Counted from the stretch's first letter, positions 34,755-44,608 are shown. The stretch is 64,000 nucleotides of DNA from an uncultured Haloferula sp. (GCA_965652295.1 CBFGTS010000009.1:1-64000); one strand, 5' to 3'. Notes: generated by a model not told the origin, from the letters alone. A program made the numbers and translations.

Positions 34755-35285
34755 ATGTCCCTTTACCGGAACTCCATCGCCGTCTTCGGCTTCGCTCTTC
34801 CCACCGTCATCACCGTCGTGGTGGTCGCGGCGGCCTTTGTGGCCAAAGGAAAGGTCCAGGCCTCGTTCGACGAGAAAATGAGCAAGTTCACCGGCTACAA
34901 GCAGAACCGGGTGCATGTCTTGAACCTGGAGAGACAACTGGCCGAAAAGCGCGAGCTCGCCTCGCACTGGGAAGAACTCCTGAGCCGCGGCACCGCCAGT
35001 TCAGTCACCTCGAATCTCCGCCAGATCAGCGAAAAGCTCCCTTCCAAGGAATTCCAGGTCACCAGCCAGTCCACTCCTCCTGCCAAGGCCGGCTTCGGCT
35101 CCGCCTCCGCACAGAATTCGATCCAGGTGAAACTCGGCTTCCGCGGCACCTTCCGCTCGATGCAGAAGGCCTTCCTCGAACTCGAAACGCGGATGCCCCA
35201 CTTGCAGCTCCAGGAGCTCCGTATTTCCCCGGGTCAAACCAGCAACCTCAGCTTTGACGTCGCCTTCACCGCGTGGACCCCATGA
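34755..35285 (+). CDS. PilO/GspM-like protein
   Basis: N-terminal TM, coiled coil, FRGTFRSMQKAFLELE ferredoxin-like pattern. Confidence 0.7.
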   Translation: MSLYRNSIAVFGFALPTVITVVVVAAAFVAKGKVQASFDEKMSKFTGYKQNRVHVLNLERQLAEKRELASHWEELLSRGTASSVTSNLRQISEKLPSKEFQVTSQSTPPAKAGFGSASAQNSIQVKLGFRGTFRSMQKAFLELETRMPHLQLQELRISPGQTSNLSFDVAFTAWTP

Positions 35286-35935
35286 AGACCACCCTCGCTC
35301 TCTACAGCCTGCTGATCCTCGCGTCGGCAGCTCAAACTTTGACGCCCTCGGACGCGGATCTTCCGATCCCGGTGGAGGATCCGGCGGTCGTCGCCCCGGC
35401 GACCGCTGACCCCGAGCTGATCAACACGCCTTCCCGCAACGTCGGGCTGGATGTGGAGGCGTATGTCAACAGCGTCCTCAGCTCGCTGGACATGCGGAAC
35501 CGCAAACTCGACCCCTTCGGTCGCTATCAGGACCCCGCTTACAAGCCCATTCAAGCACCTCAGCTGACCCGTCATGCGACAAGAGCACGGGCCGTGAAAA
35601 TCCCGCTGTCCGATCACATCCGGCTGCTCCCCATTTCGATGGTCAATCCCGCCGGCGGCGAGTTTCTCATCGCGGCCAGCACCTACCGCGTCGGCGACGT
35701 ATTGAAGCTCAAAACCAGCGCGGCCGAGCCCCTTCGCGTGAAAGTGCTCTCCATCCGCACCGACAGCGTCACCTTCGAGGATCTCGCCACCGGTGAGACC
35801 GCCGCAAAGGATCTCACCATTCTCCCGGACGGCATGAGCCGTGGCGGAGAAGACATCCACCCACCCGGCCTCGTTCCGAAGTCCGACGATCACACCATCG
35901 ACCTCACCGACGAGGATCCTTTGTCCCAACGGTAA
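35282..35935 (+). CDS. PilP/MshK-like periplasmic protein (no lipobox)
   Basis: Signal peptide, DPFG, YRVGD...VLSI beta domain; lies between PilO-like and secretin genes. Confidence 0.6.
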   Translation: MKTTLALYSLLILASAAQTLTPSDADLPIPVEDPAVVAPATADPELINTPSRNVGLDVEAYVNSVLSSLDMRNRKLDPFGRYQDPAYKPIQAPQLTRHATRARAVKIPLSDHIRLLPISMVNPAGGEFLIAASTYRVGDVLKLKTSAAEPLRVKVLSIRTDSVTFEDLATGETAAKDLTILPDGMSRGGEDIHPPGLVPKSDDHTIDLTDEDPLSQR

Positions 35936-35956
35936 ACACCCTGCCGCACCCACGCC

Positions 35957-37804
35957 ATGAAACGCATTGCCACCCTTACCCTTGTTTCGGCGCTCGCAGT
36001 CCACGCACAGACACAGCTCGAGCCTGACCTTTCCCCCAATCCCGCCGAACAAAGCTCCCTGCCGGACCTTCCGCCTCCTCCCGCGGAGACCCAACCCGCA
36101 GGTGCCGGGCAGCTTGGCGATTTGATCGCGGACGGCCCGTCTGACAGCGCTCCCCCTCTCTCTTCCCCACCTCCCACCACTTCACTGTCTCCCGACGAAG
36201 AACAGCTTCCCTCCGTGGAACCGGTCACGCCTCCCGACGAAACGCCTGTCGCGGATGTGCAGCAGGAAGAGGACGCCATTCTGCAATCCGACGAGGGCTA
36301 CCTCATCAAGGACGCGCCGCTCAACGACATCTTCCAGTTCCTCGCCAAACAGGCCGGCCGGCAGTATTTCCACAACGTCAAGATCTCGACCCCGGACTAC
36401 CGCGTCACCGGTCACCTCAACGACGGCGATCCTCTCCAACAAATGGAAGAGCTCGCCTTCATGTACGGGCTGGAACTCTACACCAAGGGAAACACCGTCT
36501 ACGCCCTCACCCAGACGCAGCTCACCCAGCTCCCCAGCACCGAGGCCACCTACAAGCTCAACTACCTGCGTCCGAGCGACGCCGAACAGATCACCGCCCT
36601 CGTCAAGGACGTGCTCAGCCCCGGCACCGGCATCGTCAAGTTCGAGCCCAAGACCAACACCCTGATCCTCATCGACACCGCCCGTCGCATCGACCAGGCC
36701 AAAGCACTGCTGCGCAAAATCGACCAACCAAAGGGCCAGATCATCGTCGAAACGAAGATCCTCCGGATCAACAGCACGGCAGCGAAGCGAACCGGCGTCA
36801 GCTGGGCGGCATCCCTCGGAGAAACCGGAACCACCATCGAAGCCGCGCGGAGCCTGAATTCCATCTTCGGCATCAGCTCGGCGTGGGATGAAGAGTCGAT
36901 CGTCACCTCGACAGGAGTTGGTGAACTCTACGGCGCGACGGAAAACCTCGTGCTCAGTCCGGTTCAAATCCGAGGCGTTCTTCGCGCTCTGGCCGAAGGA
37001 GGCATCGCCACCCAGGTTTCCAACCCCACGCTCATCACGGAGGACAACGAGCAGGGAACCATCTCGATCATCGATCGCGTCCCGATCATCACCACTACCA
37101 CCAACACCGGTGGCAGTCTGGGCGGCTCCAGCGTCAGCGAGGAAGTCCGCTACAAGATCGACGAGAGTGATCCGACCATCACGGAGGACCCGGAAAAGCA
37201 CCGCGAGATCGGCATTTCCATGGTGGCTACCCCGACTCTGCTTCCCGATGGTACCATCCGGATGAACCTCCGTCCACGCTCCGCCCAAATCACCGATCAG
37301 ATTCGGAGTGCTCAGACCGAGAACGTCTACCCCCGTGTCACCGAATCGATGATCGATTCCACCGCACGTGTGCCGGACGGCTTCTCGCTCGTCGTCGGAG
37401 GCTTCTACGGCGAAGTCGAGTCGAAGGATCGCAACAAGGTCCCCGTGCTCGGAGACATCCCCGTCCTCAACTTCTTCTTCAAGAGCAAGGAAACGGTGAA
37501 GGAACAGACGAGCCTGGTGTTCATCGTCACCCCGACCTCCTACGATCCCACCGATCGCGCAGCGACCGGCCGCCATTCGAACCGCGTGCATCACTCCCTG
37601 AACCTCACCCGCGATCACGAATGGGTCGACCCCTTGAACCCCGGCCCGGCCCACGAACCGAACCTCCGCCGGGCCATCCGCGGGCTCCAGCCTGAAGAGG
37701 CTCCCTACTACCCGACGCCCGAAGAAGTCGAGCAGGCAAGGATTCACCGCGAAGCGGTTTCCGCCGGTGAGAGCCGTCCACGCTTCAGCCGCGCGCGCCG
37801 GTGA
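35957..37804 (+). CDS. secretin (PilQ/GspD family)
   Basis: Signal peptide, Pro-rich N-terminus, TNTLILID, QIIVETKI, NPTLITEDN, VPVLGDIPVLNFFFKS, LVFIVTP. Confidence 0.93.
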   Translation: MKRIATLTLVSALAVHAQTQLEPDLSPNPAEQSSLPDLPPPPAETQPAGAGQLGDLIADGPSDSAPPLSSPPPTTSLSPDEEQLPSVEPVTPPDETPVADVQQEEDAILQSDEGYLIKDAPLNDIFQFLAKQAGRQYFHNVKISTPDYRVTGHLNDGDPLQQMEELAFMYGLELYTKGNTVYALTQTQLTQLPSTEATYKLNYLRPSDAEQITALVKDVLSPGTGIVKFEPKTNTLILIDTARRIDQAKALLRKIDQPKGQIIVETKILRINSTAAKRTGVSWAASLGETGTTIEAARSLNSIFGISSAWDEESIVTSTGVGELYGATENLVLSPVQIRGVLRALAEGGIATQVSNPTLITEDNEQGTISIIDRVPIITTTTNTGGSLGGSSVSEEVRYKIDESDPTITEDPEKHREIGISMVATPTLLPDGTIRMNLRPRSAQITDQIRSAQTENVYPRVTESMIDSTARVPDGFSLVVGGFYGEVESKDRNKVPVLGDIPVLNFFFKSKETVKEQTSLVFIVTPTSYDPTDRAATGRHSNRVHHSLNLTRDHEWVDPLNPGPAHEPNLRRAIRGLQPEEAPYYPTPEEVEQARIHREAVSAGESRPRFSRARR

Positions 37805-38397
37805 GCGATGCCGGCCCCGCCCCCATGAGCGCTTCCTCCATGTTCACCCATCACGATCCGGCCCACACCGCCGAGATCGAAAAGCTCCGTGAGCAGTGCT
37901 TCGAGCAAAGCATCATCGCCCTCCAACGCGCAGGCCTGGCGGGCGAGCCCGAGATACGCAAGCTTGAAGAGCGGTTCCTGCTGGTCCCGATCGATCGAGA
38001 TCCGGAGGACATCTTGATTCTGCTCGCACGAATGCAGGGAACGGAAGAGGAGCACCTCGGAACCGAGGTGGCGCGCCTGGCCCATCTCCTTTCCCCGGTG
38101 ATCCCCTCGTGCCCGCCGCTCATTCCCTTTGCCGGGAAACTGATGGCACCCTCGGCCTTCTACGAGTCCTTCACCCTGATCCACGAGACTGCCCGCGCCT
38201 TGCGGAGCCCCGTGATCTTCGCCGAAGACACCGACGCGATCGGGGTGGCCTCCCTGAACCCGGTCGCTGCGCTGCTCCTTTCCGAAGCCATCATCGCCAC
38301 AGTGAACAAACGCTTCGCGATCCGACCGTTCGTCACCACCGCCCGGCTCGACTACGACAGCTGGGTCTTCCTCACCCGCAAACACTTCGGCCTGTGA
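37801..38397 (+). CDS. hypothetical protein, possibly a stand-alone GspE/PilB N-terminal-like domain
   Basis: GTGA overlaps at both ends; SPV...IGVASLNP resembles SPI...LIVALANP of the downstream ATPase. Confidence 0.65.
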   Translation: MSDAGPAPMSASSMFTHHDPAHTAEIEKLREQCFEQSIIALQRAGLAGEPEIRKLEERFLLVPIDRDPEDILILLARMQGTEEEHLGTEVARLAHLLSPVIPSCPPLIPFAGKLMAPSAFYESFTLIHETARALRSPVIFAEDTDAIGVASLNPVAALLLSEAIIATVNKRFAIRPFVTTARLDYDSWVFLTRKHFGL

Positions 38398-40088
38398 TCG
38401 AGTTCGACGGCATCTCTTTCAATGAGCTGATCAGCAGCCACATCATGAGGGCGCTGGCCCACCATGATGCGCAGTTCACCGAACTGCCGCAGGACCAGGT
38501 GCCGAACCGCGTGACGCGGAACTGCTTCATGGCCGCGCTCGCCCGCATCAACGGCCTGCCCTTCTTTCCCAAGGTCGCGGAGTTCTGCGAGCCATCCCTG
38601 CACGCCTACTGCGATCCCACCGTCCTCACCCGCGGATTCTTCAGCCCCATCTGCATCAATGGCGACAAACTCATCGTCGCCCTCGCCAACCCCTGGAGCC
38701 CGCTTCCCGAGGAATACCTCGCGCCCCGCTTCCCGGACCTGGAGATCGTCAAGATCGTCACCCTCGCGTCCGAGATCAGCCGTGCGATTGAATCCGTCGC
38801 TTCCAGCTCCGGACCCAGCCGCTCGGAACTCGAGGCGATCGATGTCGAGGACCAGGACGACGACATCCACGACTTCGACGTCACCACCGACTACACCGAG
38901 CCGATGGCCCAGCTTGTGGCCACCATCATGGCGGATGCCGTGAAACAACGGGCGTCGGACATTCACTTCAAGGTCGAGAAGGAGGTCTTCTACTACACCT
39001 TCCGGATCGACGGAGACTTGCAGCCGAAGGTCGAGATTCCGATGAAACTCAAGGATCGCCTCGACGCGTTCCTGCTGAACCTCATGAAGCTGCCCACCGA
39101 GATCCGCAACACGGCTCCGGGCATCTCCGGCCGTTTCACGATCTCCTATTTCCACCGTCCCATCGACATCCGCTACGAGCGTCACCGTACTTACCGCGGC
39201 TATCACGCCACCATGCGTCTGCTCGACAAGGGCCACCTCAACGTGACCCTCGGAAAAGGCACGCTCGCCTTTGACGAGGAGACGATGTTCGAGCTCTACA
39301 AGGTGATGAAGATCCCCGCCGGGATCATCGTCATGTCCGGCCCCACGGGCTCCGGCAAGTCCACCACCCTCAATGCCATCCTGCGGGAACTGAACCGACC
39401 GGAGGTCAACATCCTCACGCTGGAAAACCCGGTCGAGGACGAGGTGCCGGGCATCACCCACTGCGACCTCAAAAGCGCCAAGGAGTTCAAACCGATGATC
39501 AGCTCCTTCATGCGGAGCGACCCCGACATCATTCTCATGGGCGAGGTGCGGGATATCGAGTCCGCCGAGCTCGCCATCGAGGCCGCCGTCACCGGCCACA
39601 AGGTACTCACCACCATCCACACCCCGCGCGCGTCGCAAATCATCGAACGTTTCGAGCAGCTCGGGATCGAGCGCTGGAAAATTGCCCAGACCCTCAAGGC
39701 CGCCTGTGCCCAGCGCCTGGTGAAAGTCCTCTGCCCCTATTGCAAGGAACCCCAGCCCGGTGTCGATGCCACGAATCGACGGGTCTTCTGCCTCGATGAA
39801 AGCTGGGCGTCGACCCCCGTGAACACCGCCAAATCCGGCGGCTGCTCCGAATGCCGGCAAACCGGCTACAGCGGGCGGACCGCCATTCTTGAGATCATCC
39901 CCATCACCCCGAAGATCTCCGATCAGCTCTCGAAGGGGGAAATCTCCCCTTACGAACTGGAAGTGAGGATCCAGGAAGAGGGAATCCTCCCCAACCTTCG
40001 CCGTAGCGGCCTCCGCCTCCTTCGGGAGGGAAAAACCGACCTCGCCGCCGTGTCGAAGGTCATCGACATGACCTACTCCGATGACTAG
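38394..40088 (+). CDS. pilB: GspE/PilB-family extension ATPase
   Basis: ASDIH, FRIDG, GPTGSGKSTT, TLENPVE, MGEVRD, TGHKVLTTIH, AQRLV, tetracysteine CPYC...CSEC, GYSGR. Confidence 0.92.
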   Translation: MIEFDGISFNELISSHIMRALAHHDAQFTELPQDQVPNRVTRNCFMAALARINGLPFFPKVAEFCEPSLHAYCDPTVLTRGFFSPICINGDKLIVALANPWSPLPEEYLAPRFPDLEIVKIVTLASEISRAIESVASSSGPSRSELEAIDVEDQDDDIHDFDVTTDYTEPMAQLVATIMADAVKQRASDIHFKVEKEVFYYTFRIDGDLQPKVEIPMKLKDRLDAFLLNLMKLPTEIRNTAPGISGRFTISYFHRPIDIRYERHRTYRGYHATMRLLDKGHLNVTLGKGTLAFDEETMFELYKVMKIPAGIIVMSGPTGSGKSTTLNAILRELNRPEVNILTLENPVEDEVPGITHCDLKSAKEFKPMISSFMRSDPDIILMGEVRDIESAELAIEAAVTGHKVLTTIHTPRASQIIERFEQLGIERWKIAQTLKAACAQRLVKVLCPYCKEPQPGVDATNRRVFCLDESWASTPVNTAKSGGCSECRQTGYSGRTAILEIIPITPKISDQLSKGEISPYELEVRIQEEGILPNLRRSGLRLLREGKTDLAAVSKVIDMTYSDD

Positions 40089-41226
40089 TTCCACCACCAC
40101 CGCCCAAAGCGCCGCCACCGCTGCCAAGAAGGAAGGAAAGAAGTCCATCCTCGACATCCAGATCGGCGGAGCCGGCAAGGTGAAGCCCTTCAACAAGAAG
40201 GAGCTCGTCGGCGTTTTCCGCGGCCTCAGCTCGATGCTCCGGGCCCAGATCAACACCGCCGACGCCCTGAAGTACTACAGCCAGGGGCTGCCGAACAAAG
40301 TCATGGTCGATGCGCTGACCCAGGTCCGGGAAGACATCACCGCCGGCGTGAGCGTCCATGAAGCTTTCCGCCGCACGGGACGTTTCAGCGACATGGTCAT
40401 CGGCCTCATCCAGGCCGGCACTGACGCCGGCCAGCTCGGCCAGGCCTTCTCCTCGCTGGCTGCGCGTTTCACCTCGGAACTCTACTTCTCCAAGGCCATC
40501 CGCAAGGCGACCACGATGCCCGCAGTGGTGATCGGCATCCTCTCGGGAGCCTTCATCGTCTCGCAGGTGAAAATCGTGCCCCAGGTCGAAGAAATGCTCG
40601 CCTCGGTCCGGCAGGAGCCGGAGGGCCTCACCGCGATCTCTTTCGCCATCGCCCACACCACCCAGAATGTCTGGCCCATCGTGGTCGCGATCATCGTCGG
40701 CACCATCGTCGCCATCTGGCGCTCGAACCAGCTGCGGAATTTCATCCTCGGCCTGCTGATGTCGAAGTGGCGCCTGCTGCGCCTGCTCATCATGAGCCTG
40801 CGGCAGATGACCTTTCTCTCCACCCTCAGGCTGCTCCACGCGAACGGCATCAACCTCGCCAAGGCGATCCGCGTGTCCGCCAACAGCGTCAGGGGAACCC
40901 CCCTCTACAACGAGCTCCGCGACGCCGCGGAGAAGTACGAGAAATCCGGCGTGCCGCTCTCGACCGCATTCTCGAAATACACCTCGGTGGACACCCAGGT
41001 CGTCCACATGCTGTCGATCGGCGAAAAATCCGCCTCCCTCGACAACCAGCTCGAGATGCTCTCCACGATGTATGAGGAAGACGCCGAGAACCACATGAGC
41101 GCTTTCACCGCGATGGTGAACTTCATCGTCCTGCTCATCGCCGTCGGCCTCATCGCCGCCGTCTTCATCGGCACCTTCCTCCCGATCTTCCTCATGGGTC
41201 CGAAGATGATGAACGCAGGGATGTGA
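40081..41226 (+). CDS. pilC: GspF/PilC-family inner-membrane platform protein
   Basis: Two T2SSF repeats (QAGTDAGQL, SIGEKSASL), three TM helices, FLPIF. Confidence 0.92.
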   Translation: MTSSTTTAQSAATAAKKEGKKSILDIQIGGAGKVKPFNKKELVGVFRGLSSMLRAQINTADALKYYSQGLPNKVMVDALTQVREDITAGVSVHEAFRRTGRFSDMVIGLIQAGTDAGQLGQAFSSLAARFTSELYFSKAIRKATTMPAVVIGILSGAFIVSQVKIVPQVEEMLASVRQEPEGLTAISFAIAHTTQNVWPIVVAIIVGTIVAIWRSNQLRNFILGLLMSKWRLLRLLIMSLRQMTFLSTLRLLHANGINLAKAIRVSANSVRGTPLYNELRDAAEKYEKSGVPLSTAFSKYTSVDTQVVHMLSIGEKSASLDNQLEMLSTMYEEDAENHMSAFTAMVNFIVLLIAVGLIAAVFIGTFLPIFLMGPKMMNAGM

Positions 41227-41254
41227 TCCCGACCCGATCCCAAGGCACCGACCC

Positions 41255-41668
41255 ATGCAACTCACCCGATTCGATCGCTGGCTCAGGAAGAAATTCGTCT
41301 ACCAGACCCACCTCTACGCGTTGCGTCGCCCGGACGTGATCCCCGCCAGGGTGCGCGTGGAGGAGCTGCCCGAAGTCCCGGGGCGGCAGTACCACTACAA
41401 GTTCATCACGAACTCGGAAAAGGCGGTCGAGGCCCTCATCCAGATCTTCACCGAGCACAACCAGATCTACACCACCCGCATCGTGGACCGCCACGCGTGG
41501 TACGTGCCTCTCATTGCCCCGAAGGGTAAATCCGCCACCTGGTGGGTCGTCTGGGCGGTCCTTTCCCTCATTCTGGCTTCGACCGTAGGCACCGCACTCC
41601 TCGCCCTTTGGAGGAATCCGGACTTCCAGAAGAACCTCGAAGGAGCCTTGGAAACCTTGAAAGGGTAG
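41255..41668 (+). CDS. small hypothetical protein with C-terminal TM helix
   Basis: 137 aa, typical codon use, within the pilus locus. Confidence 0.75.
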   Translation: MQLTRFDRWLRKKFVYQTHLYALRRPDVIPARVRVEELPEVPGRQYHYKFITNSEKAVEALIQIFTEHNQIYTTRIVDRHAWYVPLIAPKGKSATWWVVWAVLSLILASTVGTALLALWRNPDFQKNLEGALETLKG

Positions 41669-41729
41669 GTGATCGCGGCGGATTTCTTGCTTTCCTTAAA
41701 TACTAGGACAGCCTAACTTGCGCCAAGTC

Positions 41730-42137
41730 ATGAGGCATTCTGCTTCCCATCTTGCGCCCCGGGGTTTCACGCTCGTCGAGCTGTCTCTGGTGATCGCCAT
41801 CCTGATCGCCCTGATGAGCACGGGCATGTTCTTTTCCACGGCCATTGAAAAGTGGCGGGCCGGCAAGGAGGCCTCGGAGGTGCTTCGCGGCGCCTACGTC
41901 GCCCAGCGGATGTATCTTGCCGACCATCCGACCACCGCGGTCAGCTCGCTGACCCGTACTGCGATTCTGCCCTACTACCCGAACCGCCCCGCGACCTTCC
42001 CCCAGATCGAGGGATTGGATCATCAAGCCCGGGACATCAAGGTCAGTGTCTCTCCCCCCGTCATCGTCAACGGCGATGGATCCACCTACGATCCGTCCGG
42101 AAAATCGAACGACGCGCTATGGGACGTGGGAGAATGA
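41730..42137 (+). CDS. type IV prepilin-like protein (minor pilin)
   Basis: RG|FTLVEL class III signal, no Cys. Confidence 0.9.
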   Translation: MRHSASHLAPRGFTLVELSLVIAILIALMSTGMFFSTAIEKWRAGKEASEVLRGAYVAQRMYLADHPTTAVSSLTRTAILPYYPNRPATFPQIEGLDHQARDIKVSVSPPVIVNGDGSTYDPSGKSNDALWDVGE

Positions 42138-42616
42138 GTTTTCCGGGAGTTCTGGTGGCATGGTCCTTCATGTCGTGTCTGGCCATCGCCAAGGCCGAGG
42201 ATTTCCGCCACATCGGTGATTTCACGATCCAATCCCGGATCAAGGTCGCCGAGGGAAAGGTCATCCGGATGCCGGTGGAACCGCTGGTGCTCAGCGCGTT
42301 CACCGACGGCATGAGCGTGCGCCTCGCCACCGCAGGGGCACCGGAATCCGCCAGCGAATACACCATCTACCGTTCCGATGGCATCGGCCGCCAGCGCGGC
42401 GAGCAAGGCGCTCTCGAAGTCCTGCCCGGCGTGCAGGCGACCTGCCAGATGGGCGGCGTGTTGCGGCAGTTGCGGCTCACCGAGGAAACGCTGACGATCA
42501 CCAGCTTCCCCGGTATTTCCAATCAAACGATCATCATCCACGCCGTGGCCACCGCTCCTCCGCGGGCCACGCCCATTTCTCAAGACGAAGCCCCCGTCGG
42601 TCTCCACCAACCCTGA
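42134..42616 (+). CDS. secreted hypothetical beta-rich protein
   Basis: Signal-like N-terminus; ATGA overlap with the minor pilin. Confidence 0.7.
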   Translation: MSFPGVLVAWSFMSCLAIAKAEDFRHIGDFTIQSRIKVAEGKVIRMPVEPLVLSAFTDGMSVRLATAGAPESASEYTIYRSDGIGRQRGEQGALEVLPGVQATCQMGGVLRQLRLTEETLTITSFPGISNQTIIIHAVATAPPRATPISQDEAPVGLHQP

Positions 42617-43320
42617 TGCGCCCTCTCCCGACCAGCCCGGAATCCCTTCCTGAATCCCACTCCAAGGCCTCCCGCCACGCTCTGGAGCTGGGCTCCTCCG
42701 CCATTGCCAGCAACCACCGCCGGTCCGGGGCGGGCTCCCGCAGCGCGTATCCTTGGCTGCTGATCGCCGCCACCTCGCTCGCCGGAGCGTTCTGCTATCT
42801 CTACCTGACCAAGCCCGTCATTGCCGCACCTCAAGCGACGGCTCCCCCATCGTCGCCTGGCGTCGAGGAGGCGGAGGCGGCAACGTCCCCGCCGGCTCCG
42901 GCCAAACCCGAAGCGGTCGCCCCCGCCACCCTCTCCAATCCGGATGCCTCCCCCTTCGAGGAAACCGTTCTCAGGATGCAGCACGTCGTCCTCGCGACCG
43001 GCCCGCAGAACGAGGACCTGGGCCGCCTGACCATCGAAGTCCCCGTCGCCTACGAAAGCGGCACGATCCGCTGGAGCCGCGACGACGTGGCGCTCGCCCG
43101 GTCGCTCCTTTCACGCATCGATCAACACCGCGCCAAGACCCTCGCACTCCGCGAGGAGGCCGTCTCGCTCATCACCGAATGGGACGATCTGATGATTCGT
43201 TCGATTCCCGAAAGCGCCCTGCGCGCCGACAGCCCGACCCTGCCCGAAAACCAGGGGGCCGGAACCGCCGACCAAGCCGGTTTCAAATCCACGGAAACCA
43301 TCGAAATCAACGAGCGATGA
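42616..43320 (+). CDS. hypothetical single-pass membrane protein
   Basis: TM YPWLLIAATSLAGAFCYLYL, Pro/Ala linker; TGATG coupling. Confidence 0.75.
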   Translation: MRPLPTSPESLPESHSKASRHALELGSSAIASNHRRSGAGSRSAYPWLLIAATSLAGAFCYLYLTKPVIAAPQATAPPSSPGVEEAEAATSPPAPAKPEAVAPATLSNPDASPFEETVLRMQHVVLATGPQNEDLGRLTIEVPVAYESGTIRWSRDDVALARSLLSRIDQHRAKTLALREEAVSLITEWDDLMIRSIPESALRADSPTLPENQGAGTADQAGFKSTETIEINER

Positions 43321-44051
43321 GATCCCTCCTTTCCCTATTCCTGATCCTGCCCGCCATCGCGCAGGACATCGCGCCGAAGGACTCGGAGCGCGATCCGATT
43401 CTCAGCAACCTCCTCCTCAAGGAAGCCGAGGACGAGCCCGCCACCCTGACCGCCAAAGACGACGCCCTGCTGGTCACCGGAAGCCCGCCACCCGAGGCCC
43501 ACCTCGTGGAAGCGGAGGAGGCACCTCCCGCCGAAACCGCGGAAGCCCCTTCCTCCGAAAGCAAGCCGACCATCCCGGAACCACCTCCCGAATCCGCGCC
43601 GGAATCCACCCCGAAGGGCCCGCGTATCACCGTCCAAGGCGGCACCTCGGATGCTCCGATCAGCGGCGAGCGGATTGCTCTCAAAGCCCCCTTCCAACCC
43701 AAGGTTCTCGGTCACCCTCCCGTCGGCTGGAGACTCAGCGAGGCCGATTCGGTTCCACCCGTCGAAGAGGAAGTGACCCTTGCGAATGGCTCCAAGGTCC
43801 CTCTTTCCATCCGCCCCTACCTGCTCGTGCCGGACGCCGATGGTGACCGCTCGTTCGCGCTCATGGAGCCGGGCTTCGAGGGCTCTCGGGGCTACGCCCA
43901 AACAGGCACGGTCGGTGCCATCCTCGCCGATTCCATCCACCATCTCGATAGCGATGTGGACCGACTCGCGGCCGCATCCCGCCGGCTGACCGAACTTCTC
44001 GACTCCCTCCCCGCCGCGCCTCCCACCCCTTCACCTGCCGAATCCCCATGA
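43317..44051 (+). CDS. secreted hypothetical Pro/Glu-rich protein
   Basis: Signal peptide MRSLLSLFLILPAIA; ATGA overlaps on both sides. Confidence 0.72.
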   Translation: MRSLLSLFLILPAIAQDIAPKDSERDPILSNLLLKEAEDEPATLTAKDDALLVTGSPPPEAHLVEAEEAPPAETAEAPSSESKPTIPEPPPESAPESTPKGPRITVQGGTSDAPISGERIALKAPFQPKVLGHPPVGWRLSEADSVPPVEEEVTLANGSKVPLSIRPYLLVPDADGDRSFALMEPGFEGSRGYAQTGTVGAILADSIHHLDSDVDRLAAASRRLTELLDSLPAAPPTPSPAESP

Positions 44052-44608
44052 AAGCGGACCTCATTCCCATCGCATGCAGTGCGGCCATGGCCATCATGGT
44101 CGGTGCCGCCGCTTCCCACTTCGCCACCGTGCGGCAGATGGTCGATCTCGCCCAACTGGAGGCCTCACCCCTCGCACCCCTTTCATCCCCCTCTTCCGAG
44201 CCAGCGGAATCAGGCGAACTTCTCGACCTCATCGCCCACCTCCAGGAGCAGAATCACCTTCTGCGTGCGAACATCCGGTCGGCGTCCCAGGGAACGCCGC
44301 ATGCCGACGCCGAGACCGCGCCGCTGCTCACCACCGCCGATGCCTCCCCGCGCGACCTCCAACGCCTGCTTTCGGAAATCATCGCCCAGAACCGCGAACT
44401 CCAGACCAAGCTCGCGGAGACCAACCGCGACGTGATGGCGCTCGAGTTCCGCGTCGATTCCCACTCCGAGCAGTTCCGCCCGCTCAATCTCGAATACGGC
44501 ACCGATTATCCCGTGGCCTCACCCGTCACTTCACCGGACGTTCTCGACGACATGCGCAACGACATCGGCGTCCTGCCGCCCCTGGACGAGTCCGATTACA
44601 CTCAGTAA
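44048..44608 (+). CDS. hypothetical membrane-anchored coiled-coil protein
   Basis: N-terminal hydrophobic helix, heptads LQRLLSEIIAQNRELQTKL; ATGA overlap. Confidence 0.72.
   Translation: MKADLIPIACSAAMAIMVGAAASHFATVRQMVDLAQLEASPLAPLSSPSSEPAESGELLDLIAHLQEQNHLLRANIRSASQGTPHADAETAPLLTTADASPRDLQRLLSEIIAQNRELQTKLAETNRDVMALEFRVDSHSEQFRPLNLEYGTDYPVASPVTSPDVLDDMRNDIGVLPPLDESDYTQ

Noticed and set aside
38394..38600. MshEN c-di-GMP-binding motif on PilB
   Set aside because: No RLGxxL repeat in the N-terminus.
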